A DNA stretch of 64,000 nt from an uncultured Spirochaetota bacterium (GTDB lineage Bacteria; Spirochaetota; Spirochaetia; SZUA-6; CAVTHK01), in contig CAVTHK010000011.1 in NCBI GenBank assembly GCA_963734495.1, forward strand, positions 640,001 through 704,000, given 5' to 3'. A program made the position numbers and the translations under genes. Below, one piece after another: positions 50,472 to 60,470 of the stretch (the first letter of the stretch is position 1; each line of letters opens with the position of its first letter). The notes below the pieces were generated by a model. It saw only the letters and a program-made list of their open reading frames with translations, was not told the origin of the DNA and ran no database searches.

Positions 50472-51539
50472 CTACTCGAGCACGCGGCCCAGCGCCCGCA
50501 TCCAGTTGCGCGCAAAGACGTTCTCGATGTCCTCGGCTCCGAAGCCGCGGGCCTCGAGGATGGAAGCCACTTGCGGCACGTCCGCGATCGTCTCCAGGCC
50601 GGCCGGCGACTGCTCGACGCCGTAGCCCCCGTCGAGGTCGCTGCCGATGGCGGCGTGGCGGCTGGAGCCCGCAAGCTGGCAGACGCGGTCGATCTGGTCC
50701 GCCACCGCCTCCAGGCCGACGGCGCGCGCGCCGGAGCCGCGGACGAACTTGGGGTCGAGCATCCACAGGTCGAACGAGGTGCCGATCACGGCGTCGCGCT
50801 GGACCAGAGCCTTGATCATGTCGTCGGCGAGCTGCCTCTGGCCGGGCACCAGCGAGCGGCAGTTGTGGTGGGAGGCGACCAGCGGGCCGTCGTAGGCTTC
50901 CAGGACTTCCCACAGCCCCTGGTCCGTGAGGTGGGTGACGTCCACGAGGATCCGCGCGGCCTTGAGCGCCGCGAGCAGATCGCGGGCGCGGGGCAGCAGG
51001 CCGCCTTCGGTGCCCGTCCCGTGCGCGTAGGCGCCGGTGCCGTAGTGCGAGAGGCTCACGCAGCGCAGTCCGATCCGGTGCCAGTCCTCGGCCTGCTCGG
51101 GGTCCACGATCGGGTCGGCGCTCTCCATCGAGATGACGATCCCGATGCGCCCGGGCTCCTCGAGCGTGCGCCACTCGGCCGCGACCTCGGCGAGGTCGGC
51201 AGCGGTGCGGATGATGCGCGCCTCGCCGGCGCGCTCGAGCGCTTCGTACCAGGCGGCGTGTCCCCTGCCCATCGCGTAGCACTGGAGCTGCGTGCGCATG
51301 CCCGTGCCCGCATAGCTGCCGGCGGGGTCGATGCGGATCATGACGGTGGCGAAGACGATGCCGACGCGGCCGCGGCGAAGAGCCGGCAGCGTGACCGTGC
51401 ACGTGCCGAACTCCTTGCGGACCGCGTCGTTGTCCTGCGCGCGGACCTCCTCGACCGGAAGCGTCAGGTCGCGCCGGATCTGCATGGCGTTGGTGGCGAT
51501 GTCGAGGTGCCCGTCGATGATGAGCGAAGGCCGGGTCAT
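50472..51539 (-). CDS. Membrane dipeptidase (peptidase M19) family amidohydrolase
   Basis: IIDGHLD, SMESAD, VDVTHL, ASHHN and AIGSDLDG. Confidence 0.9.
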   Translation of the reverse strand: MTRPSLIIDGHLDIATNAMQIRRDLTLPVEEVRAQDNDAVRKEFGTCTVTLPALRRGRVGIVFATVMIRIDPAGSYAGTGMRTQLQCYAMGRGHAAWYEALERAGEARIIRTAADLAEVAAEWRTLEEPGRIGIVISMESADPIVDPEQAEDWHRIGLRCVSLSHYGTGAYAHGTGTEGGLLPRARDLLAALKAARILVDVTHLTDQGLWEVLEAYDGPLVASHHNCRSLVPGQRQLADDMIKALVQRDAVIGTSFDLWMLDPKFVRGSGARAVGLEAVADQIDRVCQLAGSSRHAAIGSDLDGGYGVEQSPAGLETIADVPQVASILEARGFGAEDIENVFARNWMRALGRVLE

Positions 51540-51652
51540 GAACGCTCCTTGGCCGCCCCGATGGCGAAGAGGGCGAGCGGCGGCATTTTAGCAGACGCGC
51601 GCCGCGGCGTAAACGCAGTGGCCGCGCGGCGCCCGGCCGCGCGGCGCAGCCC

Positions 51653-52499
51653 CTATCCCTTGAGGCCCGTGGAGGCGATGCCCTGAACGAGGTAGCGCTG
51701 AAACGCGACGAAGAGGAAGAGCACGGGGATCAGGGAGAGGAACGACATGGCGAAGATGGCGCCCCAGTCCGTGAGCCCGCCGGGGTCCGCGAAGGACCGC
51801 AGCGCGAGCGAGATGGTGTAGATCGTCGGGTTGTTGAGGTAGATCAGGGGCGTGAAGAAGTCGCTCCAGGTCCAGTAGAACGAGAAGATCGCGGCGGTGA
51901 ACATCGCCGGCTTGAGCAGCGGCACGATGATGCGCAGAAAGGTGGCGCCGAGGCCGCAGCCGTCGATGTCCGCAGCCTCGTCCAGCTCCCGCGGTATGCC
52001 CCGGATGAACTGCATGATCATGAAGATGAAGAAGGCCTGGCCGAAGAGGCGCGGCACGATCAGGGGCAGGTACGAATTGATCCAACCGATCCGGTTGAAC
52101 AGGATGTACTGCGGGATGATCTGGATCTGCGATGGGAGCATCAGCGTGGCGATCATGCAGGAGAACCAGATGTTCTTCCCGGGGAAATCGATGCGGGCGA
52201 AGCCGAAGGCCACCACGGCGGAAGAGATGATCGCGGCCAGGGTCCCCACGGTCGCGTAGAAGATGGTGTTGCGGTAGTAGACGGCGAACGACACGCCGCC
52301 GAACCCCCGCCATCCGTTCAGGTAGTTCTCCAGCGTCGGCGCGCGGGGGAGCAGGGAGGCGACCCGGGTCCAGATTTCGCCGGCCGGCTTGAAGGAGCTT
52401 CCTGCCAGCCAGAGTATCGGATAGATCATCGCCAGGCAGAGGAGGCTCAGACCTGCGTGGTAGCCGAAGGTTTCCAGGAACCGGGGAGGCGCGCTTCAT
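51653..52499 (-). CDS. Carbohydrate ABC transporter permease; apparent extra base at 52483-52486
   Basis: IPRELDEAADIDG, WSDFFTP and FQRYLVQG. ATG 52499 overlaps the upstream stop and joins ORF 51653-52429 (MKRASRFLETFGYH) if one base is removed. Confidence 0.9.
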
Positions 52500-53410
52500 C
52501 GCTCTCCTCCCCGGTCCGACGCGTAGAACACCCAGCGGGAGGAGGTCCGGAAGATGACCAGGGTCAGCGCCGCCGCGACCGCCAGCAGCACCCACGCCAT
52601 GCCCGAGCCGTAGCCCATCTGGAAGGTCTCGAAGGCGCGCCGGTAGAGGTAGAGGGCATAGAAGTTGGTCGTGTCCAGGGGCTTGCCGCCGGTGATGATG
52701 AGGGCGGGGGTAAAGACGATCAGGCCATTGATGGTCTGCATGACGAGGTTGAACAGGATCACCGGAGTCAGCAGGGGCAGCGTGATGGACCAGAACCGGC
52801 GGACGCCCGAGGCTCCATCGATGGCCGCCGACTCGTAGAGCTCCTCGGGGATCTGCTTGAGGCCCGCCAGGAAGATCAGCATGGAGGAGCCGAACTGCCA
52901 GGCCGCGAGGAGGATCAGCGTCCAGATCGCGAAGCTCGGCTCCCCGAGCCAGGCGGTCTTCGAGGGAAGGCCGACCAGCGCGAGCATCCCGTTCACGAGG
53001 CCGTCGCCGCCGAAGAGCTGCCGCCACATCACCGCAACGGCCACGCTGTCGCCGATGATGGACGGCGCGTACACGAGGGCGCGGTAGAACGCCATCCCCC
53101 GCCGCTTCGTGTTGAGCGCCATGGCCACGAGCAGGGCGACGACGAGGCGCAGCGGCACGGCGGCAACCGCGTAGTAGAACGTGGCTCCGACCGACTTCCA
53201 GTACCGCGGGTCGTCCGTGAACATCCGGCGAAAGTTGTCGAGGCCCGTCCAGGACGGCGGGCTCAGCAGGTCGTAGTCGGTAAAGGAGAGGTAGAAGCTC
53301 GCGGCCGTCGGGATCAGGGTGAGCGTGAAGAATCCGATGAGCCACGGGGAGATGAAGAGGTACCCCTGGATCGAGTTGGTCCGTCTTCGGCGCGAGAGCG
53401 CATGGCTCAT
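52496..53410 (-). CDS. Carbohydrate ABC transporter permease
   Basis: YLFISPWLIGF, ELYESAAIDGA and MGYGS. Confidence 0.92.
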   Translation of the reverse strand: MSHALSRRRRTNSIQGYLFISPWLIGFFTLTLIPTAASFYLSFTDYDLLSPPSWTGLDNFRRMFTDDPRYWKSVGATFYYAVAAVPLRLVVALLVAMALNTKRRGMAFYRALVYAPSIIGDSVAVAVMWRQLFGGDGLVNGMLALVGLPSKTAWLGEPSFAIWTLILLAAWQFGSSMLIFLAGLKQIPEELYESAAIDGASGVRRFWSITLPLLTPVILFNLVMQTINGLIVFTPALIITGGKPLDTTNFYALYLYRRAFETFQMGYGSGMAWVLLAVAAALTLVIFRTSSRWVFYASDRGGER

Positions 53411-53430
53411 CTTTGGGGGATCCTTTTAAG

Positions 53431-53457
53431 CGGGACGGCCGGCTGCCGGCCGTCCCG
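53431..53457 (-). terminator. Intercistronic stem-loop between the solute-binding protein and permease genes
   Basis: cgggacggccggc-t-gccggccgtcccg inverted repeat. Confidence 0.6.
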
Positions 53458-53468
53458 TCACACGCGCG

Positions 53469-54785
53469 CTACTTGGTGGCCGCGAGCAGCTCGGTCGCCT
53501 TGTCGCGCAGGACCTTGGCCCCCTGCTCGGGCGTGATGACACCGAAGAGGACCTTCTCGATGACCTGGGGCCTCCAGACGTTGGTGTAGATGTCCGTGTT
53601 CTTCACAGGGTCTGGCGGCGGACAGGGGCTGGCCTCCTTCGCCACCCACCCCACGAAGTTGAACACCTCCTGCGTGATCGGCGGCACCAGGGGCGACAAC
53701 GCCGTCCGGATCTCGGAGGAGATGGGGACTCCCCGTTCGGCCATGAGGATCTTGTTTGCGTCGATGTCGTTCGTGAAGTAGTCGATGAACCGCGCCGCCT
53801 CCTTGGGGGTCTTCGACTGGTTGCTCACGGAGAAGAACATGGAGGCCTTGATGTAGTTGGGCGACGGGCCGCCCCTGCGGGTGCGCGGGAGGCTCATGAG
53901 GACGAAGTGGCGCCCTTCGCCGGAGGCCTTGTTGACCGCGAAGGCCTGGTTGCTCCAAAGGAACTGCATCCCCGCCTTCTTCTGGATGATGGGCGTCTGC
54001 TCCGGGTTATCTCCGTCGCCCCAGGTGGCGATGGCCTCCTGCTTGCTCGGGATGGCGCCGGCTTTCATCAGGCGGAGCATCATGGCCAGATGATCGGCGA
54101 ACGGCTTGTCGTCGGTGTATCCCAGCGCCGTGCCTTCGTTGTTGTAGGCCCACTGGCCGAGCCCCAGGTAAATGTTCTTCCAGAGCTGGATGTTGTCCAG
54201 GCCGGGGCCGTGGCCGTAGAGGCCGGTCTTCTGGTGGATCTCCAGGACGATCTTCTCGAAGTCCTCCCAGGTCCAGTCGGACTTCGGCAGAGCCACTCCG
54301 GCCTGCTTGAAGACGTCGGTGTCCAGGATCATCGCCTCGGAGTTGGAGCCCAGGTTGACGGCGTAGAGCTTTCCGCCGATGCGGCCTGAGGAGATGAGCG
54401 CGTCGGTCACATTGGAGAAGTCGAGCACTTTGGACTGCACGTACTCGTCCAGCGCGTGCAGCAGGTTGCGCTTCTGCCACTCCGCCACGTAGGCGTAGTC
54501 CTGTTGCATGACGTCGGGGAGCTGGCCGCCCGCCGCCATGGTGGTGACCTTGGTCCAGTAGTCGTTCCACGCGGCGAACTCGTACACGGCGGTCACGTTG
54601 GGGTTCTTCTGCTTGTAGAGATCGATGGTCTTGATCGTGCCTTCGTGGCGGGTCTGGGAGCCCCACCAGATGACCTTGAGGTCCACCTTCTGCGCGGGCT
54701 GCGCGGATTCCGTGGTGCCGGTGGCCCACAGGAACGAGCCGGCCGCGATCAGGAGCACCGACACGACGAGGAACACTCGTTTCAT
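53469..54785 (-). CDS. Sugar ABC transporter solute-binding protein (YesO/TogB-like)
   Basis: Signal peptide; WWGSQTRH, LPDVMQQD, WTWEDF and ERGVP motifs. Confidence 0.92.
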   Translation of the reverse strand: MKRVFLVVSVLLIAAGSFLWATGTTESAQPAQKVDLKVIWWGSQTRHEGTIKTIDLYKQKNPNVTAVYEFAAWNDYWTKVTTMAAGGQLPDVMQQDYAYVAEWQKRNLLHALDEYVQSKVLDFSNVTDALISSGRIGGKLYAVNLGSNSEAMILDTDVFKQAGVALPKSDWTWEDFEKIVLEIHQKTGLYGHGPGLDNIQLWKNIYLGLGQWAYNNEGTALGYTDDKPFADHLAMMLRLMKAGAIPSKQEAIATWGDGDNPEQTPIIQKKAGMQFLWSNQAFAVNKASGEGRHFVLMSLPRTRRGGPSPNYIKASMFFSVSNQSKTPKEAARFIDYFTNDIDANKILMAERGVPISSEIRTALSPLVPPITQEVFNFVGWVAKEASPCPPPDPVKNTDIYTNVWRPQVIEKVLFGVITPEQGAKVLRDKATELLAATK

Positions 54786-55000
54786 GATTGCCTCCTATTG
54801 CGGGGCCAGTATAGCACCGGCGCACCGGGCCGCAACATGGGGTGTGCGCCCGCTCGGCGGAGCCGGCGGCCGGCCCGCGCGCTCCGCGGGGATGCGCGCC
54901 CGGGCCGAGCCGGGGGCCGCGCGGCGCGCGGCCGCCGTGGCGGCGCATCGACGCTGGCCGCTTCCGAAGCGCGCGGCTATATTGGCTCGAGGCGGGACCC

Positions 55001-56107
55001 TTGGCGATCAGCGGGCATACGGACGATCTGCGTCGCAGGAGGCCGCGCCGCGCGGCGGCGGCAGCCTTCACTTTGACGTTCTTGTTCCTCCTTTCCGGCT
55101 GCTACGTCCTCAAGCAGGGCACGCGCCTCTTGTCATACGAGCTGCGCGCCGAGGACATCGAGCGCGTGCTCGCGGACCCGGCGACGACGCCGGAGGTGCG
55201 CCGGCTCCTCGAGCTGGTCCGGGACGTCCGTCGCTTCGGCGTCGCAGAGATCGGTCTCTCCGAGGACCGCAACTACACCACCTACGTCAGCATCGACAAG
55301 GACCACCTGGTGGACGTCGTCTCCGCGACCGCCGACGACTCGTTCCGCAGGCACACGTGGTGGTTCCCGATCGTCGGCCGCGTTCCGTACAAGGGGTTCT
55401 ACGATCCGAAGGACGCGGAGCGCCTGGCGGCGAAGCTCAAGAAGCAGTCCCTCGATGTGATCATCCGCCCGGTCGACGCGTTCAGCACGCTGGGCTTTTT
55501 CCGCGATCCCGTCTACTCGTTCATGAAGAGCTACCCCGTGTTCGAGGTGGCTTCTCTCGTGCTGCACGAGGAGACGCACGCCGCCCTGTATCTCAAGAAC
55601 CAGGCGCAGTTCAACGAGGAGCTCGCGAGCTTCGTGGGCAACGAGGGCGCGCTGCTGTACATGCGCAAGCGTTACGGCGAAGACTCGGAGCTCTACACAA
55701 AGACGCTCCTCGAGCAGCACGACGACCAGGCGTTTACCGAATATCTCAAGGGCATCCACGCCAGGCTCGAGGCGGTGTACGCGAGCGACCTCGATCGCGC
55801 GGCGAAGCTCGCGGCCAAGCAGCGCATCCTCGACGACGAGCGCGATCGCTTTGCGCAGGACTACTCCACGCGCTTCCGCACCGAGCGCTATCGGGGGTTC
55901 TCCAAGGCGCGGATCAACAACGCCTACCTCGACCTCTACGCGACCTACACGCAGGACCTCGGGGTCTTCGAGCGGCTCTACGAGAAGGACGGACGCGACC
56001 TTCGGCGCATGATGGAGCAGATGAGGCAGCTCAAGGACTTCAAGGGCGACGCGAAGGAGCACATCCGCACCGCGCTGCTCGGCGAGCCGGCGGGCGAAGG
56101 CCGGTAG
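55001..56107 (+). CDS. Putative zinc aminopeptidase lipoprotein
   Basis: Lipobox LSGC; WWFPIVGRVPYKGFY, AFSTLGFFRDP, HEETH zinc motif, FNEELA and NNAYL. Start uncertain (TTG 55001). Confidence 0.85.
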   Translation: MAISGHTDDLRRRRPRRAAAAAFTLTFLFLLSGCYVLKQGTRLLSYELRAEDIERVLADPATTPEVRRLLELVRDVRRFGVAEIGLSEDRNYTTYVSIDKDHLVDVVSATADDSFRRHTWWFPIVGRVPYKGFYDPKDAERLAAKLKKQSLDVIIRPVDAFSTLGFFRDPVYSFMKSYPVFEVASLVLHEETHAALYLKNQAQFNEELASFVGNEGALLYMRKRYGEDSELYTKTLLEQHDDQAFTEYLKGIHARLEAVYASDLDRAAKLAAKQRILDDERDRFAQDYSTRFRTERYRGFSKARINNAYLDLYATYTQDLGVFERLYEKDGRDLRRMMEQMRQLKDFKGDAKEHIRTALLGEPAGEGR

Positions 56108-56134
56108 GGCTGCGCCCGGCCGCCCTCATCGCTC

Positions 56135-56962
56135 TCATCGCTCGCGCAGCGAGGCGCGCACGAATGCGAGCAGGCGCCTCTTCTCCTCGGGCGGACCATC
56201 TTCTGCGATTCGCGCGGCCGCGATGGGCACCATGAGCTCGCCCAGGGCTGAGAGGCCTTCGCCCGACGCTGTCGCGTAGGCCCGCAGATAGATCCGCAGG
56301 TAGAGGCGCTTGACCGCTTCCAGCGCGAGCCTCGCCGCGTGAGGCAGGTGGGGCGGGGCAGCGCTGAACCTCATGATCACAGCGGTCCTGGCGACGTCCA
56401 CGAGCGGCCTGCCGCGCGTGGCGGTCATCCAGTCGATGATCACCGGGCCGCGCGGAGACAGAAGGATGTTGTCGGGATGGAAGTCGCCGTGGCAGAGAAG
56501 GTCGGCCGCGGGCCAGGAGCGGACGCGCTCGATCATCGCCCGCAGCAGCGGCTCCTGCAGCTCCGCGCGGGCGAGCGCCGCCGCCAGCGCCTCCCGCTGC
56601 TCCGGCAGCGGCGAGCCGGGGAGCCGCAGGCGGTGGACCCGAGCGTGCAGCGACGCCGCGAGACGCGCCTGCCGTCCGAGCAGCAGCGGGTTGGCCGCGA
56701 TGGTGTCCAGCTGCGAGGGCCCCTCGATGCGCTCGTAGACGAGCCCCGGCCGGCCGTCCCGCTCCATCGGTCCGAGGAAGCGGGGACACGGGACCTCCCC
56801 GTGCTTCGAGAGCGCCTCGGCTATGAGCCGCTCCCTCTCGACCGCGCGGAGAGGGAAGCCGGGCCTGAAGAGCTTGAGTACCCTCCCATCGCCGAGGTCG
56901 AAGACCTCGGCCGTGCGTCCCTGCCCGCTTCCGGTCCCGCCAGGCTTCCCCGTGTCCGACAT
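56135..56962 (-). CDS. Phosphotransferase, APH/choline-kinase-like family
   Basis: GQGRTAEV, VLKLF, CHGDFHPDN and IIDW. Confidence 0.88.
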   Translation of the reverse strand: MSDTGKPGGTGSGQGRTAEVFDLGDGRVLKLFRPGFPLRAVERERLIAEALSKHGEVPCPRFLGPMERDGRPGLVYERIEGPSQLDTIAANPLLLGRQARLAASLHARVHRLRLPGSPLPEQREALAAALARAELQEPLLRAMIERVRSWPAADLLCHGDFHPDNILLSPRGPVIIDWMTATRGRPLVDVARTAVIMRFSAAPPHLPHAARLALEAVKRLYLRIYLRAYATASGEGLSALGELMVPIAAARIAEDGPPEEKRRLLAFVRASLRER

Positions 56963-57058
56963 GCGTCCCTCAGCGACCGGCGCCCTGAAGTGTCCTCGCG
57001 CCCTCGGGTCCTCGCGCCCTCGGAGGCGACCCTCTCGCAGGCCGAGCGCGAGGCCCCT

Positions 57059-57946
57059 TTAGCGGCTCCCTCGCCTCGCAGCCTCGAGGTGCGCCGCGAT
57101 CTTTTCGGCGAAGCGCCGCTCGCTCGAGTCCTGGGGGGCGAAGCCGATGACGCGACGCGCGTTGGCGATGCTCCAGAAGGCGTGAGGGTTGGCGCTGATG
57201 CCGTAGAAGATCTGGAACGGCACGCCGTGCTCGTCGCGGATGTCCTCCGCGTCGATGCTCTTGACGAAGAGCTGCAGCATGTCGCGCGCGCTCATGTACA
57301 CGGCCAGCGCGCGCCGCATGCGCACCAGGTCGCCGGGGGGCACGCGGTCGATATCGGTCTCCCTCGGCCCGCCGATGCGGATCTGCACGTTCTCGAGCGG
57401 CCGGCCCAGGACGCCGCCGACGGCGAACACGAACCCGAGGTGCTCGTACGCCTCCTTGGCCCAGCCGTAGTAGTTGTCGGAGAGCGCCCGCATGTCGGGG
57501 CCGACGAAATCCCATTCGCCATGCAGCACCAGCCGCTCGAAGTAGTCGGCCGCGTGGTTGGAGCTGAGCACGACGACCCGCCGGACGTTGGCCTCGAAGC
57601 TCGCCATGTAGACGTTGTAGGCCATCTCGACATTCGCGAGCTCCGCCCGGAACCTCGCATCGGGCTCCCCCGTGTCGATCCGGATGGGGCCGGTGCCCGA
57701 CTCGGGCGCCCGGACGAATGCTCCGTGGACGACCGCATGTGCGTCCCGGAACAATTCGCGATAGCGGCCGCGGTCGCGCTGCGTCAGGTCGACCACCTGC
57801 ACGCCCGCGATCTCCCGGCCCTCGCGGTCGCGGGTGCGCGCGTCGATCAGGACGCAATCGTAGCGCTCGCGCAGGCCGTCGAGGATCAGCCCGATCATCT
57901 CGCCGCACGCGCCAGTGACGACAACTTTGCGTTTGGCTGCTGCCAT
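57059..57946 (-). CDS. NAD-dependent epimerase/dehydratase (extended SDR), uronate dehydrogenase-like
   Basis: VVTGACG, SSNHA, YGWAK (YxxxK) and FYGISAN. Confidence 0.82.
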   Translation of the reverse strand: MAAAKRKVVVTGACGEMIGLILDGLRERYDCVLIDARTRDREGREIAGVQVVDLTQRDRGRYRELFRDAHAVVHGAFVRAPESGTGPIRIDTGEPDARFRAELANVEMAYNVYMASFEANVRRVVVLSSNHAADYFERLVLHGEWDFVGPDMRALSDNYYGWAKEAYEHLGFVFAVGGVLGRPLENVQIRIGGPRETDIDRVPPGDLVRMRRALAVYMSARDMLQLFVKSIDAEDIRDEHGVPFQIFYGISANPHAFWSIANARRVIGFAPQDSSERRFAEKIAAHLEAARRGSR

Positions 57947-57959
57947 GCCGGCGCCTCCT

Positions 57960-58343
57960 TTACCTGCGCGCCGCGATCGCTTCGATCTCGACGTTGATCC
58001 CCATGGGCAGCCGCGCCGCCTGGATGGTCGTGCGCGCGGGATACGGCTCGGCGAAGTACGTCTTGTAGATGTCGTTCATCCGCGCAAAGTCGTCCATGTT
58101 GGCGAGGTAGACCGTGGTCTTGAGCACGCGGTCGAGGCCGCTGCCCGCAGCCTCGAGGAGGAGGCGCAGGTTCTCCATGACGATCTTCATCTCGCTCGCC
58201 ACGTCGCCCTTCTCGATCTTTCCCGTGTCCGGGTTGCCGGGGCCCTGGCCCGAGACGAAGACGAGATCGCCGTACACGATCGCCGGCGAATACGGTCCGA
58301 CCGGCTTGGGGCCGCGCGCGGGCCTGACTGCCTGCTTCTCCAT
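57960..58343 (-). CDS. ridA: RidA/YjgF family protein
   Basis: GPYS, VSGQ, VLKTTVYL, MNDIY, PARTT and VEIEAIA. Confidence 0.92.
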   Translation of the reverse strand: MEKQAVRPARGPKPVGPYSPAIVYGDLVFVSGQGPGNPDTGKIEKGDVASEMKIVMENLRLLLEAAGSGLDRVLKTTVYLANMDDFARMNDIYKTYFAEPYPARTTIQAARLPMGINVEIEAIAARR

Positions 58344-58356
58344 GGAATCCTCCTAT

Positions 58357-58443
58357 GACTTGGCGTCCTCGCCAAGTCCCAAGTCCCGTTTTGAGGGGCC
58401 CTCCTTGGCGTCCTCGCCAAGTCCCAAGTCCCGTTTTGAGGGG
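58357..58443. repeat. Tandem 40-bp direct repeat (45-bp period) with an internal hairpin
   Basis: cttggcgtcctcgccaagtcccaagtcccgttttgagggg at 58359-58398 and 58404-58443; internal stem cttggcg/cgccaag. Confidence 0.9.
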
Positions 58444-58560
58444 TCCCGAGGCTTCGAGGGGCCCTGCGTGGCCACCATACCACACGGGAAGCCGCGGCGG
58501 CAAAGGCAGGCTCGCGGCGCGCGTCCCCGGCGGCTATAATGCGGCGCCTGAGGGGACAAG

Positions 58561-59358
58561 ATGAAAGTTGAAGGGAAGGTCGCCTGGGTCACCGGCGCCT
58601 CGTCCGGGATCGGCGAGGCGCTCGCGTGCGCCCTCGCGGCGCGGGGGGCGCGCGTCGTGCTTTCCGCCCGGCGTGTCGACCGCCTCGAGCGAGTGCGCGC
58701 CCGCTGCGGCGAGGGGCGGTCGGCCGTGCTCCCGATGGACGCCGCGGACATCTCCTCGTTCTGCCGGCAGAAGGTCCGCGAGGCGGCGGCGCTCTTCGGC
58801 CGCATCGACCTGCTCGTCAACAACGCCGGCGTGAGCCAGCGCTCGCTCCTCGAGGAGACGGACCCCCGCGTGATCCGCCGGCTCCTCGAGATTGATCTCC
58901 TTTCGCCCATTCTTCTCACACGGGCTGTCGTGCCGCTGCTCATCGAGCAGAAGTCGGGTCACGTCGTCTTCGTCAGCAGTCTCGCGGGAAGGATCGGCGC
59001 GCCTCTGCGCACGATCTACGGTGCGGCGAAGCACGGGCTGTGCGGTTTCGCGGACTCGCTGCGCGCGGAGCTCTGGCGCCACGGCGTCGGGGTGACGCTC
59101 GCGGTCCCGGGCTTCGTGCGGACGGAGGTGTCGCTCGCGTCACTCGACGGGCGCGGCCGCGCGCGTGGTGTCATGGACCCGGGGCAGGGAAAAGGCATCA
59201 GCCCGGAGGCGTGCGCGGCCGCCATCCTCGCCGCGATCGAGAAGGGCAGGCGCGAGGTGCTGGTCGGCATGGGCGTGCGCGGGACGCTTGCGCTTGCGCT
59301 CAGCGCCGTCGCGCCGGGGCTGCTGGCCCGCTCGCTGCGGAACGCGCGCGCCACGTAG
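58561..59358 (+). CDS. Short-chain dehydrogenase/reductase
   Basis: TGASSGIG, NNAG, SS, YGAAK and PGFVRT; TATAAT at 58535-58540 upstream. Confidence 0.93.
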   Translation: MKVEGKVAWVTGASSGIGEALACALAARGARVVLSARRVDRLERVRARCGEGRSAVLPMDAADISSFCRQKVREAAALFGRIDLLVNNAGVSQRSLLEETDPRVIRRLLEIDLLSPILLTRAVVPLLIEQKSGHVVFVSSLAGRIGAPLRTIYGAAKHGLCGFADSLRAELWRHGVGVTLAVPGFVRTEVSLASLDGRGRARGVMDPGQGKGISPEACAAAILAAIEKGRREVLVGMGVRGTLALALSAVAPGLLARSLRNARAT

Positions 59359-59481
59359 GCGCACCGCGGCGGCGCAGCCCGCTCCGACCGCCGCTATGCC
59401 GGAGCAATCGCCAACGTACGGCTCCCGAGGAAGGGGACAGTGCCTTTTCGGTCTGGCCCGGCGCAGTGGCATCGCCTTGAG

Positions 59482-59835
59482 CTATTGGCGGTCCCACTCT
59501 TCAAGTATCCGATTCAGTTCGTTCACCAGCGCCGGAAGGTCTGACTGAAGCGTCTCCCACACAATGGTGAGGTCAACACCGAAGTAGTCGTGGATGAGCA
59601 CGTCCCGCATACCGGCCATGTCAACCCACGGAACAGAAGGATGTTGCGCGCGAAACGCGTCAGGCATGTTCTTGGCCGCTTCGCCTACCACTTCCAATGC
59701 CCGTATCGTGGCGAAGACTGTCTTGGCATCGGAGGCGAATGCCTCGTGGGTCATTCCGGCGGAAAACGACAGCGCCTTCTGTGCCGCATCCAGCATGTCG
59801 CGAAGGTAGACGCGCAGATCACGCTCAGTTGCCAA
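59482..59835 (-). CDS. hepT: HepT-like HEPN ribonuclease toxin (DUF86)
   Basis: YLRDMLDA, LEVVGEAAK, RDVLIHDY (RX4HXY) and VD..IVW. Confidence 0.92.
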   Translation of the reverse strand: MATERDLRVYLRDMLDAAQKALSFSAGMTHEAFASDAKTVFATIRALEVVGEAAKNMPDAFRAQHPSVPWVDMAGMRDVLIHDYFGVDLTIVWETLQSDLPALVNELNRILEEWDRQ

Positions 59836-60121
59836 CGTACTGCACCGTTTCCAGCACGCGCTCGCGGATACCGGGCTTCAACGCCGCGACCGTCACCAGG
59901 TCGACTCGGGCTCCCAGGCGTCGCGAAAGATGATTGCGCAGACGTACGAATCGAAACAAGCCGACAGGTCGCTCGAAATGAACCAGAACGTCCACATCAC
60001 TGCCTTCTCGTTGCTCTCCGCGGGCATACGAACCAAACAGGCCGATGCGTCCCACCGAGTACTCCCGTCGAAGGGTGCCGAGCTCGGCGGCAAGGGCGTT
60101 ACGCAGATCAGGCGCCGTCAT
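59825..60121 (-). CDS. mntA: Minimal nucleotidyltransferase antitoxin (MntA-like)
   Basis: LFGSYARGEQREGSDVDVLV (GSX10DXD) and VDLVT; overlaps the HEPN start. Start ATG 60121 or 60127. Confidence 0.92.
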   Translation of the reverse strand: MTAPDLRNALAAELGTLRREYSVGRIGLFGSYARGEQREGSDVDVLVHFERPVGLFRFVRLRNHLSRRLGARVDLVTVAALKPGIRERVLETVQYVGN

Positions 60122-60409
60122 AGGCATAAAGTTCTGCGAGAAACCGAGCGCTGTCAATAGCGCCTCGTCACCTCTTTTGCTGAACCCTTGCGTTTGCAGG
60201 AAACCCGTGCAGGCGGCAGATGTGATGAGGGCTACGCGAGTGTGATCGGCCGCGGTATTGCGCTTTCCATCAAAACGCCCAACGCGGGCTTCCGGCGGAA
60301 AATGATAGAGGAGTGGACCGATGAGGGCGTCTTCGCGCACGTCGGTGCGCTTTTCCGCTGGAGCTGCACGTTGGCGATCTCCGCGACCCGTTGCTTTGAG
60401 CCACCGCGT

Positions 60410-60438
60410 TTGACGCCTCCTCTTCACTTGGTTATTAT
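60410..60438 (+). promoter_or_regulatory. Candidate sigma70 promoter of the ArsR-rhodanese operon
   Basis: TTGACG-17 nt-TATTAT, followed by an AT-rich tract with repeated ATTCA. Confidence 0.6.
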
Positions 60439-60470
60439 TCAAGCAATCAATTCAGCAAGAGAATTTGGTG

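Noticed and set aside
56135-56962. Aminoglycoside resistance gene
   Set aside because: Only generic APH-fold motifs, host-like codon usage and a metabolic neighbourhood.
58359-58443. CRISPR array (also considered for 2362-2413)
   Set aside because: Only two units, spacers of 0-5 bp, and no cas genes.
60170-60290. Integron attC-like site (gctgaac... and cgcccaac) beside the toxin-antitoxin pair
   Set aside because: Could not pair RYYYAAC with a matching GTTRRRY and inner boxes by eye, and there is no integrase. An attC covariance-model search would be needed.
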